From Halodesulfurarchaeum sp. (lineage in GTDB: Archaea; Halobacteriota; Halobacteria; Halobacteriales; Halobacteriaceae): 64,000 nucleotides of DNA. Position numbers and translations under genes: made by a program. This document shows, one piece after another, positions 31,503 through 42,960 of this stretch; position 1 is the stretch's first letter, and each line of letters starts with the position of its first letter. The stretch lies in NCBI GenBank assembly GCA_034520565.1, contig JAXHNL010000002.1, positions 1,152,001-1,216,000 on the forward strand. The letters are read 5' to 3'. The notes below the pieces were generated by a model that was given only the letters and a program-made list of their open reading frames with translations, was not told the origin of the DNA and made no database searches.

Positions 31503-31517
31503 ATTACTGATAGTAAT
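31503..31517. promoter_or_regulatory. Inverted repeat ATTACT-N3-AGTAAT between divergent copA and copZ
   Basis: Perfect 6-bp inverted repeat in an AT-rich intergenic patch. Confidence 0.35.
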
Positions 31518-31715
31518 TACTCGGGATCGGCACGTGGATACAGTCGCCATGTGCGCCTCGAAACGGCGGCGCGTGTGGCCAGGGAACCGAAACATGCTTC
31601 GGAGCCGCCTCTCACCGGCACAGTTCGCACTTTACATTCGATTCCTGGCTCGGCCCGAAACCATGGTTTCTGAACGGCAAACCCCTCGAATTCGGACCCC
31701 GTTCCTTCACATGCA

Positions 31716-31913
31716 ATGACACGGACGATATCGGTCAGCGGAATGACCTGCGAGCACTGTGAACAGACGGTCGAAGACGCCCTCGAAGCGCTCGAGGGCA
31801 TTACATCGGCGACGGCAGATGAGTCGGCCGACTCGGTCGCGATCGAGGGGAACGCCGAACGCGAGGCACTCCGGGAGGCCGTGGAGGGAGCCGGTTACGA
31901 ATTCGCCGCCTGA
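31716..31913 (+). CDS. copZ: Copper chaperone (HMA domain)
   Basis: 65 aa, GMTCEHC...AGYE; divergent from copA. Confidence 0.9.
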   Translation: MTRTISVSGMTCEHCEQTVEDALEALEGITSATADESADSVAIEGNAEREALREAVEGAGYEFAA

Positions 31914-31938
31914 GCCACTGCCGCTCCTGTGTTCCCCG

Positions 31939-32118
31939 CTAGTCCCCGTCCGAAATCGGTTCGACAGCGTCGGCTCCGCATTCGGGGCAGGTTTCGTGAT
32001 CGACGTGGAACCGGCTCTCACAGGCCGTACACTCGTATTCGGTAGTCTTCTCGGCCGCGGTTTCGGCCCGTTGTTTGAAGGTTTCGACCTGCCGGCCGAT
32101 CCGGTTGAAAATCCCCAT
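31939..32118 (-). CDS. Small CPxCG-type zinc-finger protein (59 aa, missed by the ORF track)
   Basis: Manual translation MGIFNRIGRQVETFKQRAETAAEKTTEYECTACESRFHVDHETCPECGADAVEPISDGD*. Confidence 0.8.
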   Translation of the reverse strand: MGIFNRIGRQVETFKQRAETAAEKTTEYECTACESRFHVDHETCPECGADAVEPISDGD

Positions 32119-32176
32119 TCCTCGATCGGGTTACGGGAAGCGAAAGGATAAGCTATGGGGGACTCCGGACGATCGC

Positions 32177-32584
32177 TCAGGCCGAGGCGAATCGGTCGTC
32201 GACTGCGGCGAGCACCCGCTCAAGCCGCTCTTTTACGTCCGCTGCGATCGGTTCGAGGGCCGGATTGTCGGGCAGGGAAAGCAGTTGATCGGGATCGACC
32301 GCACTCACGACGACCGCACCGGTTTCAGTCTCGTAAATCGCCACGTTACAGGGCAGGAGGGAGCCCAGATCCGTTTCGGCCGAAATCCCCTCGTGGGCCA
32401 GCGGCGGGTTGCAGGCCCCGAGAATACGATACCTGTCCATTTCGACGTCCAACTTCTCCGAAAAGGTGGTCTGGACGTCGATATCCGAGAGGACGCCGAA
32501 CCCCACGTTTCCGAGGGCGGTGGTGACTGCGTCGAGAACGTCCTCGAACGGTGCGTCGATCGTCGTCTGCAGTGTGTAGGTCAT
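32177..32584 (-). CDS. DUF302 domain protein
   Basis: GFGVLSDIDV, YRILGACNP, LLPCNV. Confidence 0.9.
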   Translation of the reverse strand: MTYTLQTTIDAPFEDVLDAVTTALGNVGFGVLSDIDVQTTFSEKLDVEMDRYRILGACNPPLAHEGISAETDLGSLLPCNVAIYETETGAVVVSAVDPDQLLSLPDNPALEPIAADVKERLERVLAAVDDRFASA

Positions 32585-32827
32585 GATGGTGGGACTTACG
32601 TTGTGTCGTTTCGGGCCGATCCACGGACGGGTATTGTTCCACTACTGTTTGAACCCTTAATGGGGTAGTACTCCCGGCGTTCCTTGCCGAGGGAGTTCGT
32701 GTCGGCTCCCGATCGATACTTCTCTCTGCACCGTCGTCCGGGAAATGGACGCCGGTAGTTGTCACCCGATCCTTCGGACCGCCGGGACGTGAGTACATTA
32801 ATACTGAAGCATGCCATACGGTCACAT

Positions 32828-33250
32828 ATGGGTGAAATACTCGTCCCGGTCGATGGCTCGAGTCACGCAGAGGAGGCACTGCGATACGCGATCGACCACT
32901 TCCCCGAGTCGGACATCACTGCGTTGCACGTCGTCGAAATCCCGACCGGATATTTCGCCGCCTCGGCGAGCGATCCCGAATCGCTGCCCCAGGTGGAGCA
33001 CCAGCGGGAGGAAGCGGAAGACCTTCTCGACGACGTCGAATCGAAGGCCTCGGAGATGGGTGGCATCATCGAAACCGCCCTCGAGACCGGCGATCCGGTC
33101 GACGAAATCCTGGCCTACGCTCAGCGAAACGACGTCGACGAGATCGTGATCGGGAGCCGGGGTATTTCAGGCGTGGGCCGGATCATGTTCGGGAGCGTCG
33201 CCGAGAAGGTCGTCCGTCGCTCGGAAATTCCGGTCATTGTGGTTCACTAA
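32828..33250 (+). CDS. Universal stress protein (UspA)
   Basis: ILVPVDGS, IVIGSRG...FGSVAEKVVRRS.IPV. Confidence 0.92.
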   Translation: MGEILVPVDGSSHAEEALRYAIDHFPESDITALHVVEIPTGYFAASASDPESLPQVEHQREEAEDLLDDVESKASEMGGIIETALETGDPVDEILAYAQRNDVDEIVIGSRGISGVGRIMFGSVAEKVVRRSEIPVIVVH

Positions 33251-34077
33251 AGGCTGGATTCGAGACACGAGCTTTTTTCCGGTGAGGAAATCGTGGAGTG
33301 TGGGATCGATTCGCGAAAATCCTCGACGCCCCGGCGTTCAGTTTTCCGTTGCAAGGCGTCGCTCGAACTGTCTGTGATTCGGGTCCGGCCGGTTGAACCG
33401 AATACGTTCGGGACAACAACCAACGACCTTTCACCAGTGCCATGTTGCATGGCGGCCGTGACACTCGCGCTACGTGCCCCGCGCCAAGTCGAGTGGTTTC
33501 CCTGGGTCAGAAAGGCGTTCGTCCGCCACGGGTCCGGCGGGACACTGCCGCTGAGTATCGAACACGAGCCACGGCCGCGAGACTCTCAGCCGGACGCGGA
33601 AACCAGGTCCGTTGATCCAGACGGAGAATTAGTAACACCGCGCGGTTTGACCGAGTTCCTAATGGATATCTTACAGATCAGTGTGTCGACCGGGGGTCCC
33701 GAGCACCGGATGATACGTGACAACAGGGGTGACAACCTGGCCGAGCGGTAAATTCCACGCGATCGGGGTAGTTTTCGGCGCAAGCCGGGCGGACTGGAGT
33801 CAAAATGGAGGCGGAATTAACAGAAATTTTACTATACGGGGAATCAATGGAAACCTCATTATTCGGTATGCTCTTGACGGTATACTGCATTTCACTTCTC
33901 AAAATAACCCTTTATATTAAAGAATCAGTCATATTTGTATGGCCGCCGTACCCGGACGTATGGACAGCCCCGACCACTTACCGAGCCGGGACATTCGGTT
34001 CGGCCCGTCCGCAACCCGGCGGTATGAAACAGCCGACCCCAACAGAACCGCGACGGCAAGTCGGTGATTTTTGACAC

Positions 34078-34647
34078 ATGGACGCCCGCACCATCGCGAT
34101 CGGCCTCGTCGTGCTCGCCGTGTTGCTGCCGACGTGGTTCGCCGCGCTCCAGTCACCGGGTGAACACCCGGGGGAAGTAGAGATCGACACGAGCGAAACT
34201 GACATGCGGCCCTTGCAATCGATCCTCGAGACGCCCGCGGAATTCACTCCGGCCCAGGTGGGGGTCATCATTTGGATTGCACTTGGAGCGCTCTCGATAC
34301 TGCTCGCCGTTTTTCATCGATTCATGCATGGGCCCGGAACCACCGAGCCGGACACTGAGGCATCGGGGGAGGGCGTTCGTTCCTGGTTCCAGACGGACTC
34401 CCGCTGGATCGTCGACTTCGTGGCCGCCGAGGACAGCGCTGATGGGCTGTGGGTTATACTCGCGACGATCGCGGCGACAGTCGCCTTTGCCGTTCTGACG
34501 ATCATCGAGTTCTCGACGCTCGCACGAACCCAGTACGTCGGCCTCTACGTTGCCGGCATGTTCCTGACACTCGCCCTCGGTGTCGCCGCCTATTCGGCCT
34601 GGTTCATGCCACACGTCGTCGTGGCGGAGGAACGATACCATGGTTGA
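34078..34647 (+). CDS. Membrane protein, first gene of the pNar operon (NarA/ORF1-like)
   Basis: Four TM segments; overlaps the start of the Rieske gene; occupies the first position seen in haloarchaeal nar operons. Confidence 0.7.
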   Translation: MDARTIAIGLVVLAVLLPTWFAALQSPGEHPGEVEIDTSETDMRPLQSILETPAEFTPAQVGVIIWIALGALSILLAVFHRFMHGPGTTEPDTEASGEGVRSWFQTDSRWIVDFVAAEDSADGLWVILATIAATVAFAVLTIIEFSTLARTQYVGLYVAGMFLTLALGVAAYSAWFMPHVVVAEERYHG

Positions 34648-35227
34648 GGATTCCGACACGGACGAAACGATCGGCAAGTGGCACCGACGCGACGTGGCAA
34701 AGGCCGCATTGGGCATCGGCGGCGCCTCGACCGCGCTCGCGCTGACCGTGCCCGCCTCGGGAATGACGAACGTCCTCTCCCGGGAGTTCGCGGGCGAGAT
34801 TTACACGGATGGCACCTACCTGGTCGACGACAACGGGGACCGTGTCGGGGCCGACGCCCTGGAGATGGGGACCCGGATGACGGTGTTCCCCGAAACCAAT
34901 CCCGGAGTCTCCGACGCGCCGACCTTACTCGTCAGGCACGAGGAATCGGCCTACGTGGCGCCGACGAACCTCGCGTTCACCGTCGCGGGCTACGCGGCGT
35001 ATTCGAAGGTGTGTACGCACGCGGGGTGTATGGTCGCGGAGGCCGAGGAAGACGGAACCCTCGTCTGCCCGTGTCACTTCGCGAAGTACGACCCGACGAG
35101 GGGCGCCGAGGTGACCGACGGACCGGCCCCCAGGGCGCTGTCACAACTGCCGATTACGCTGTCAAGCGACGGCTTTCTCATGGCAACGGGCAACTTCGAG
35201 GGTCGGATCGGCCCGGGGGGTGAGTGA
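34640..35227 (+). CDS. narB: Rieske [2Fe-2S] subunit of the pNar-associated quinol oxidase
   Basis: HRRDVAK Tat-like anchor; CTHAGC and CPCH boxes; GPAPRAL. Confidence 0.88.
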   Translation: MVEDSDTDETIGKWHRRDVAKAALGIGGASTALALTVPASGMTNVLSREFAGEIYTDGTYLVDDNGDRVGADALEMGTRMTVFPETNPGVSDAPTLLVRHEESAYVAPTNLAFTVAGYAAYSKVCTHAGCMVAEAEEDGTLVCPCHFAKYDPTRGAEVTDGPAPRALSQLPITLSSDGFLMATGNFEGRIGPGGE

Positions 35228-36540
35228 CCGTGGGCGTTCGTTCCTGGCTGACGGAGCGGTTGCACCTCGAGGACGAGCGGGGCATGCTGGGGAAAGCGTT
35301 CCCGGCAGAAGATTCGTTCCTGCTCGGCGAGGTGGCCCTGTTTTCGTTCGTCGTCATCGTCCTCTCCGGCATTTACCTGGGAACGTTATACGAGCCGAGC
35401 ACCGCCGACGTCGTCTACCAGGGCGTCGTCGATCAGTTTCAGGGTGAGGAACTCCCGGCGGCGTTCGTGAGCGTCCTCCATATCACCTACGGGGTGCCCT
35501 TCGGGATGTTCATTCGGCGGCTGCACCACTGGGCGGCCCACCTCTTTATCGCGTCGCTCGCGCTTCACATGTTCCGGGTGTACTTCACCGCAGCCTACCG
35601 GAACCCGCGGGAGATCAACTGGGTCGTCGGCGTGCTTCTCGCGGTCCTTGCGATGGGAGCAAGTTACACGGGCTATGCGTTGCCGTTCGACGAGTTCGGT
35701 GCGACGGCGACCGGGATCGGATACAACCTCGCGACCTCGGTCCCGCTGCTCGGTGATTTCCTCGCCCAGCTGGTCTTCGCCGGCGAATTCCCAGCCACGG
35801 GAACGATCCCACGACTGTTCTTCCTCCATGTCTTGCTCATTCCGCTCGCGATCATGGGACTGCTCGCCGTGCACATGATCATTCTCGTCAGACAGAAACA
35901 CACCGAGGGGGAGCGCTCCGCGGCCGAAGCCTCGGCGGCCGACGTGGACGAAAACGACGATTCGGTCGTGCTCGGGCTGCCGGCCTATCCGAACCAGGCG
36001 GCGGTCGGCACCGTCGTTTTCCTCCTTACCGTCGGGGTGCTCTCCCTGCTCGCCGGGTTCCTGCCCGTGCACAATATCGTGGCCTACGGGCCAAACGATC
36101 CGGCCAGCACGCCCGCGGTCGTCATGCCGGACTGGTTCTTGATGTGGATCTACGGCATTCTCAAGGTCCTGCCGGGCTGGACGACGGTGCACCTCGCCGG
36201 CCTCGAACTCTCCGCGGAGTTCTGGGCCGGGCTCGCGATCCCGGCCGTCGTCATCGGGGGCGTCCTCGCGTGGCCCTTCATCGATCGGCGCTCGGAACCG
36301 GGACACTTCACCGAGAACCCGCTCGAGGCACCCCGCCGGACGGCAGTCGGCGTCGGGGCGATTTCGATGGTTCTGGTGGCTTCCCTGGCCGGGATGAACA
36401 ACCTGCTCGGGGGAGCACTCGGGGTTTCGACGACGGTGTTGAATCCCTTCCTGCTCTGGGGAATCATTCTCGTCCCGATCGCCGCAGGCCTCCTGACCTA
36501 CGTGGTTCTGGGTGGTCGGTCCGGAGGTGTCGACGGATGA
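35224..36540 (+). CDS. narC: Cytochrome b (bc-complex type) subunit
   Basis: [33 protein letters not shown] Qo-like motif. Confidence 0.9.
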   Translation: MTVGVRSWLTERLHLEDERGMLGKAFPAEDSFLLGEVALFSFVVIVLSGIYLGTLYEPSTADVVYQGVVDQFQGEELPAAFVSVLHITYGVPFGMFIRRLHHWAAHLFIASLALHMFRVYFTAAYRNPREINWVVGVLLAVLAMGASYTGYALPFDEFGATATGIGYNLATSVPLLGDFLAQLVFAGEFPATGTIPRLFFLHVLLIPLAIMGLLAVHMIILVRQKHTEGERSAAEASAADVDENDDSVVLGLPAYPNQAAVGTVVFLLTVGVLSLLAGFLPVHNIVAYGPNDPASTPAVVMPDWFLMWIYGILKVLPGWTTVHLAGLELSAEFWAGLAIPAVVIGGVLAWPFIDRRSEPGHFTENPLEAPRRTAVGVGAISMVLVASLAGMNNLLGGALGVSTTVLNPFLLWGIILVPIAAGLLTYVVLGGRSGGVDG

Positions 36541-36725
36541 CTGGCAGGGACCTGTCGGTCGAGACAGACCGGTATCGATGGCTCGACGTCGGCACCAAAC
36601 TGGCTGGCGTTTCCGTGATCGCGATCGGTCTCGAAACCGGAATCGAATCGGCTCCCGGGCTGGCGATCGCACTCGCCGGCGTGCTGCTGGGAGTGAGCAC
36701 CGTTTTCATCACCAGACAATCATGA
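36537..36725 (+). CDS. Small two-TM protein of the pNar operon (ORF4-like)
   Basis: [17 protein letters not shown] plus two hydrophobic helices; ATGA overlaps on both sides. Confidence 0.7.
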   Translation: MTGRDLSVETDRYRWLDVGTKLAGVSVIAIGLETGIESAPGLAIALAGVLLGVSTVFITRQS

Positions 36726-39573
36726 GCAACGAACCAACTGACGACGGCACGACCGGGCGTCGAGACTTCTTGAAAGGTATCGGGGCGGCTGGCCTCATCG
36801 GAGCAACGGGTGTCGGGGCCGCACAGAAACTCTCGGAGATGGACCGCTTGCAGGTCGCCGATGATCCGATCGGGAACTATCCCTATCGGGAGTGGGAGGA
36901 TCTCTATCGAGAAGACTGGGACTGGGACTCGATCAGTCGCAGCACCCACAGCGTGAACTGTACGGGAAGCTGCTCGTGGGACGTCTACGTGAAGAACGGC
37001 CAGGTGTGGCGCGAAGAACAGGCTGCGGACTACCCGCGATTCGACCTCGACGTGCCCGATCCGAACCCACGGGGGTGTAACAAGGGGGCGTGTTACAAGA
37101 ACTACGTCCACGGTGCCCAGCGGGTGACCCACCCGCTCAAGCGAACCGGCGAACGCGGCGAGGGCAAGTGGCAACAGCTCTCCTGGGACGAGGCCCTCGA
37201 CGACATCGCGGCGGAAGTCATCGACACGGTCGAAGCGGGAAACTACGACGCGATCAGCGGGTTTACCCCGATCCCAGCGATGTCCCCCGCTTCATTCGCC
37301 AGTGGGTCGCGGATGATCAACCTGCTGGGTGGGGTCAGTCACTCCTTCTATGACTGGTACTCGGATCTGCCGCCGGGCCAGCCGATCACCTGGGGCCACC
37401 AGACCGACAACGCCGAGAGTGCGGACTGGTATCACGCCGATTACATCATCGCCTGGGGGTCGAACATCAACGTCACCCGGATTCCCGACGCGAAGTACTT
37501 CCTCGAAGCCGGCTACGACGGCGCCAAGACGGTCGGGGTCTTCACCGACTACTCGCAGACGGCGATTCACACCGACGAGTGGATTTCGCCGGACCCGGGT
37601 ACCGACGCTGCCCTCGCACTCGGCATGGCCCGGACGATCGTCGAGGAGGGCCGGTACGACGAGGCCCACCTGAAAGAGCAATCCGACATGCCGATGCTGG
37701 TTCGGGAGGACACCGGCAAGTTCCTCCGTGCTTCGGCGGTCCCGGGCCTTGACGGGGACGAGAAGGTCCTCGTCATGGAAGATGCCGCCGGCGATCTCCG
37801 GATCGCGCCGGCCTCCCTCGGCGACCGATCCGGGAAGTACGATTCCGATGCCAGCATCGAACTCGACTTCGACCCGTCACTGGATGTCGACCGCTCCGTC
37901 GATCTGGTGGGTGGGGGGTCGGTCCAGGTTCGGTCCGTCTGGAACCGGCTCCGCGAGGAACTCTCCACCTACACGCCCTCGTGGGTGTACGACGAGACGG
38001 GCGTCGGCGAGGAAACAGTCCAGCGGATCGCGCGAGAGTTCGCCGCGGCGGACCGGGGAAAGATCATCCACGGCAAGGGCGTCAACGACTGGTACCACAA
38101 CGATCTGGGCAACCGGTCGATCCAGCTGCTTGTCACCCTGACCGGTCATATCGGTCGGCGGGGGACCGGTGTCGATCACTACGTCGGCCAGGAGAAGATC
38201 TGGACGTTCAACGGCTGGAAGAACCTCTCGTTCCCGACGGGCAGCGTTCGAGGGATGCCGACGACGCTCTGGACGTACTACCACGCGGGAGTGACCGACG
38301 ATCAACCCCGAACTCGCGCGACCGAATCGAGGAGTCCGTTTCGAACGGGACTGGATGCCGCTGTATCCCCAGAAACGCGAAGACGGAACCCGACCGGACC
38401 CGAGCATCTTGTTCGTCGTGGCGGGGCAACTACTTCAACCAGGCCAAAGGTGGCACCTCGGTCAAGGAGACCCTCTGGCCGAAACTCGACCTGATCGTCG
38501 ACGTGAACTACCGAATGGATTCGACCGCGAAGTGGGCCGATTACGTCCTTCCGGCGGCCTCGAACTACGAGAAGTACGACCTCTCGATGACGGACATGCA
38601 CACGTACGTGCATCCCTTTACCAAGGCGATCGAGCCTCTGGGCGAGTCCAAGTCCGACTGGGAGATCTTCCGGCTTCTCGCCGAACGAATCCAGGAGAAG
38701 GCACGGGAACGCGATCTCGATCCGATCCCCGACCGCTCCTTCGATCGGGAGATCGACCTCCAGTCCATCCACGACGACTACGTCAGGGACTGGATCACGG
38801 GCGAGGAGGGGTCGCTCGATTCGGGCCGGGCCGCCTCCGAGTTCATCCTCGAGCACTCGACGGAAACCAACGCTTCCGGGGACGACCCGATCACCTTCGA
38901 GGACACGATCGAGCAGCCACAGCGCTTCCAGGCCGCGGGCGATCACTGGACCTCGAACGTCGAGGACGGGGAAACCTACACGCCGTGGATGGACTTCGTT
39001 CAGGACAAGGAGCCCTGGCCGACCTTCACCGGCCGCCAGCAGTACTACATCGACCACGACTGGTTCCTCGAACTTGGAGAGGAACTGCCGACCCACAAGG
39101 GACCGATCGACGAACAGGATCCGGAGGAGTATCCCCTTCGGTACAATTCTCCCCACGGCCGGTACTCCATCCACTCGACCTGGCGGGACGACAAGTATAT
39201 GCTCCGGCTCAATCGGGGCCAACCGGTCATCTACCTCCATCCCAACGACGCGAGACGTCGGGACATCGAAGACGGCGAGGCGGTGCGGATCTACAACGAC
39301 GAGGGGTCGATTACGGCGATGGCGAAAATCTACCCCAGCAGCGAAGACCGGGACGTGCACGGATGCCCTTCGCGTGGGAGCAGCTACCAGTTCCCCGATC
39401 GGGACAACTTCAACGTCGCTCGTCTCCGATGTACGATGAAACCGACCCAACTGGTCCAGTACCCGGAGGACTCGGGCGAACACCTCTACTTCTTCCCCAA
39501 CTACTGGGGACCCACAGGCGTGAACAGCGACGTCCGCGTCGAGGTCGAGAAGAAGGGAGGTGATGGCACATGA
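36722..39573 (+). CDS. narG: Tat-exported respiratory nitrate reductase alpha subunit (Mo-bisPGD); several indels near 38290-38420 and 39345-39435
   Basis: GRRDFLK Tat motif, THSVNCTGSC, NPRGCNKG, SFYDWYSDLP (Asp Mo ligand), HYVGQEK, PTFTGRQQYYIDH, PHGRYSIHS. Confidence 0.93.
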
Positions 39574-40623
39574 GCGCTCCGAATCCCAGCGTCGAACTCG
39601 CGGATGGGATCGACCACCAGGTCGCGATGGTGATGGACCTCAGCAAGTGCATCGGCTGTCAGACCTGTACGGTCGGCTGTAAGACGACGTGGACGGAGGG
39701 CGACGGTGAGGAGTACATGTACTGGAACAACGTGGAAACCCGTCCCGGGGCTGGCTACCCGAAGGATTGGGAGTCGAAGGGCGGCGGCTGGGAATCCGCG
39801 ACCCGCGGCTCGGTCAAAGACGGGCAGTTGCCCGGCACGGACGAATACGGTGAAGCCTGGGAGTTCAATTACGAGGAGGTCTGTACGAGGGCGAGCGACC
39901 GAGCCATTGCGACCGGCGGGTGGAACCCCGGACTGGGGTCCCAACTGGGACGAGGACCAGGGAGCGGGCCAGCACCCAAACTCCTATTACTTCTACCTCC
40001 CCCGGATTTGCAACCATTGCACCCATCCGACGTGCGTGGAGGCCTGTCCACGACAGGCGATCTACAAGCGGGCCGAGGACGGGGTCGTTCTGGTTGACCA
40101 GGAGCGGTGCCGTGGCTACCGGTACTGCGTCGAGGGGTGTCCCTACAAGAAGGTCTACTACAACGCGGTCAAGAAGACCTCGGAGAAGTGCATCTTCTGC
40201 TATCCGCGACTCGAAGGCGAGGGCCCGGACGGCGAGGTCCACGGCCCCGTCTGTGCGGAGGAGTGCACGACACAACTCCGGATGGTCGGGTTCCTCGACG
40301 ATCGACAGGGCCCCATCTACAAGCTGGTGGAACAGTACGAGGTCGCGCTGCCGCTCCATCCGGAGTACCAGACCGCACCGAACGTCTTCTACATCCCGCC
40401 GTTTGCGCCCCCGCAGATCGACAGCGACGGGGAGACCACCGACGTCGATCGCATTCCTCGCTCGTACCTCGAGGACCTCTTCGGCGAGGCGGTCCACGAC
40501 GCCCTCGACACCCTCGAACGCGAGCGTGCGAAGGTGAATCGCGGTGCGGACAGCGAACTCATGGAGATCCTCACGAGCGAGAATCCCGCCCAACAGTACC
40601 GACTGGAGGTGTTCGAGGAATGA
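39570..40623 (+). CDS. narH: Nitrate reductase beta (Fe-S) subunit; net +1 frameshift near 39880-39905
   Basis: KCIGCQTCTVGCK, WNNVET, PRICNHCTHPTCVEACP, CRGYRYCVEGCPYKK, KCIFCYPR. Confidence 0.93.
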
Positions 40624-41441
40624 AACTCCCACGAACGACCGGAGCAATCGCCGGAATCGCGTTGCTCGTCGTGATTTCGGCGGTGATGCTCCCGGCGATA
40701 GCCGTTGGTGTCCCGGCCAACCAGGTGCCGGTGAGCCACCAACCGGACGCAGCAGCGGAACTGTCGACCCCGAACGGGGCAGCCTGGAGTGAGGTCGAAA
40801 GCCGCGAAATACCGTTGACGAGTGCACCGTCCGGGCTCCCCGGTGCGAACGTCGTGTCGACGGAGGCGGTGAGCGTCAAGACGGCCCACACCGATTCGAC
40901 CCTCTACGTCCGAATGCAGTGGGACGACCGCACGGAGAACGTCTCCGAGTCCTCGCTGAAGGCCTTCACCGACGGTGCAGCCGTCCAGCTTCCGGCGAAC
41001 GTCTCGACGGAGCCGGCAGTCGAACTCGGGAGTCAGGACACCCCCGTCAATCTCTGGTACTGGACCGGAGCTTCGGGTGCCGAAGAGGCGCTCGCTGGCG
41101 GGTACAACCCCGGCAGCATCACCGCGATGGAGAACACCACGATCGAAACCACCGCGAGTCACGAGGACGGGACCTGGACTGTCGTCTTCGAGCGTTCGCT
41201 CGAAACTGGCGACGACGCCCGGGCCGACTTCGACCTCGAAACCGACGTGGACATCGCCTTTGCGGTCTGGGACGGGGCGAACGCCGAGCGGTCCGGGCAT
41301 CACGCCTACAGCGAGTGGTACACCATGCCACTCGGCCCCGAACCCACCGGCCCGACCGCGCAGTACATCTTCTGGGCCGTCGCGGGGATCGGGATCGTGA
41401 TCGCCCTGGTAATCGCCGCGCGAGCACGACGGGGGCAGTAG
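40620..41441 (+). CDS. Heme b-binding DOMON-type subunit (ethylbenzene dehydrogenase gamma-like, pNar ORF7)
   Basis: Signal peptide, YVRMQW.D, DGAAVQLP, VNLWYW, WTVVFERSL, AFAVWDGANAER, C-terminal TM. Confidence 0.85.
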   Translation: MKLPRTTGAIAGIALLVVISAVMLPAIAVGVPANQVPVSHQPDAAAELSTPNGAAWSEVESREIPLTSAPSGLPGANVVSTEAVSVKTAHTDSTLYVRMQWDDRTENVSESSLKAFTDGAAVQLPANVSTEPAVELGSQDTPVNLWYWTGASGAEEALAGGYNPGSITAMENTTIETTASHEDGTWTVVFERSLETGDDARADFDLETDVDIAFAVWDGANAERSGHHAYSEWYTMPLGPEPTGPTAQYIFWAVAGIGIVIALVIAARARRGQ

Positions 41442-41443
41442 AG

Positions 41444-42088
41444 ATGTCCACGATAAACGGTGACGACGGGGTCCGCATCGAGGACCGGGAGGCAGTCGCT
41501 CTCGGAACGGTCTACGGCGTCCTCGCCAACCTGTACGAGGAGCCGTCCCGGGAGGTGTATGACCGTCTCCGGGACGGCAGCCTCTTCGCGGAACTCGATG
41601 GGATTATCGACCGAGCGAACCTCGACGTATCGGTCCCCACGGTCGAAACCGAGGACGACTACGACCTGCTCTGTGCCCGGTTCAACGACCTTTTCGCCGT
41701 CGGGTACCCGGACCCGGTCGTCCCGCGCTACGAGTCCGAGCACGTCGATCGATCCTGGACCGACGTCAACCTCGATCTCGCCCGCGCGTACGAGTACTTC
41801 GACGTGGAGATCGACGAGACCGAACGGGAGCATCACGACTATCTCCCCCTGGAACTGGAGTTCGTCGGCTACCTCTCGCGGCTCGCGGCGACCGGCGAAA
41901 CCGACGCGAGACGGGCCCGGGCGGATTTCCTCGATCGCCATCTGGAACCCTTCCTCGCGTCCATGGAGGAGACCGTCGCGGACGAGCCGGAAACCGGCAT
42001 CTACGCCAACGTGATCGACTTCACGGAGCGGTTCGTCCGTGCTGACCGCGACCGACTTACGTCCCAGATGACGGTGAACGCCGAATGA
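41444..42088 (+). CDS. narJ: TorD/NarJ family molybdoenzyme chaperone
   Basis: PRYESEH, EHHDYLPLELEF, DFLDRHL. Confidence 0.85.
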   Translation: MSTINGDDGVRIEDREAVALGTVYGVLANLYEEPSREVYDRLRDGSLFAELDGIIDRANLDVSVPTVETEDDYDLLCARFNDLFAVGYPDPVVPRYESEHVDRSWTDVNLDLARAYEYFDVEIDETEREHHDYLPLELEFVGYLSRLAATGETDARRARADFLDRHLEPFLASMEETVADEPETGIYANVIDFTERFVRADRDRLTSQMTVNAE

Positions 42089-42960
42089 CCGGACTCACGC
42101 TCGGACTGCGGGACACCGTCGGGCGGACCGCAGTCGGGAGTGACCGGGCCACGATCTATCGGTGGGCCGGGTTGGTCGCGCTGGTCCCGACTGTGGTGCA
42201 GTTGGCGTTTACGATCGGGACGAACACGCCACTCGGTCTCCGGTTGCCGCTACAGGCGATCGGCGCACCGATCGAAGCCGCAGCGGTGGCTGGCCCGGCA
42301 GTGGCCGCACTCGTCCTGGGGTACACCGCGACGAACGACCTCGTTCGCGTCGCGATGCTCACGGCGGGGGTATTTGGCGGCCTGACACTCGTTTCCCGAA
42401 CGGCGACGGGACCGGCGATCGTTTCGCTGGGGACTGCGGGCGTCCTGTTGGCGGTCTCACAACGTCCACGGACGGCCGAAACAGGAGCACTGCTTCGATT
42501 TGGCGTGACAATCGCGTTCGTCGTCGGGATCGTCACATCGCTGAGCGCGAGTCTGGGATTCGAACCTGCGATCACCCGGCGGTTGGGTTCAGTCAGTATC
42601 GCCGTCGCGATTGCGGGGACGCCAGCCTACGCGGGCATCTCTCTCCGGAGCCTGGCCGTTGGAGCCATCGCGGGCGTGCTGGTCTTCGGCTTCGGACTGC
42701 TCTCACCGGTGCTCACGGCTGCGGTTTCCCTACTCGGGCTCGGCATCGTGGGGCTTCCGCTCGTCCTCTTCGCGCTCGGGGCGGTCGGTGGCATGACGGC
42801 CGTCGCATCAGGGGCAGAACGACGGGCTGTGCCCGTCGTGCTGGCCGGACTCCTCGTTCTCGCTGCCGGGGTCCCGACGACAGTCCCAGTGGCGGTGGCG
42901 GTACTGGTTGCGATCGTCCTCTTCGCCGCGAGCGAGTCCGGGCAGGGGGTGACCGAATGA
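42085..42960 (+). CDS. Polytopic membrane protein of the pNar operon
   Basis: Highly hydrophobic 291 aa; ATGA-coupled to both neighbours. Confidence 0.75.
   Translation: MTGLTLGLRDTVGRTAVGSDRATIYRWAGLVALVPTVVQLAFTIGTNTPLGLRLPLQAIGAPIEAAAVAGPAVAALVLGYTATNDLVRVAMLTAGVFGGLTLVSRTATGPAIVSLGTAGVLLAVSQRPRTAETGALLRFGVTIAFVVGIVTSLSASLGFEPAITRRLGSVSIAVAIAGTPAYAGISLRSLAVGAIAGVLVFGFGLLSPVLTAAVSLLGLGIVGLPLVLFALGAVGGMTAVASGAERRAVPVVLAGLLVLAAGVPTTVPVAVAVLVAIVLFAASESGQGVTE

Noticed and set aside
36722-39573. Perchlorate, selenate or ethylbenzene-type enzyme instead of nitrate reductase
   Set aside because: Operon order (Rieske, cytochrome b, small TM, alpha, beta, DOMON heme, chaperone, HEAT) matches haloarchaeal pNar; side activity on chlorate cannot be excluded from sequence.
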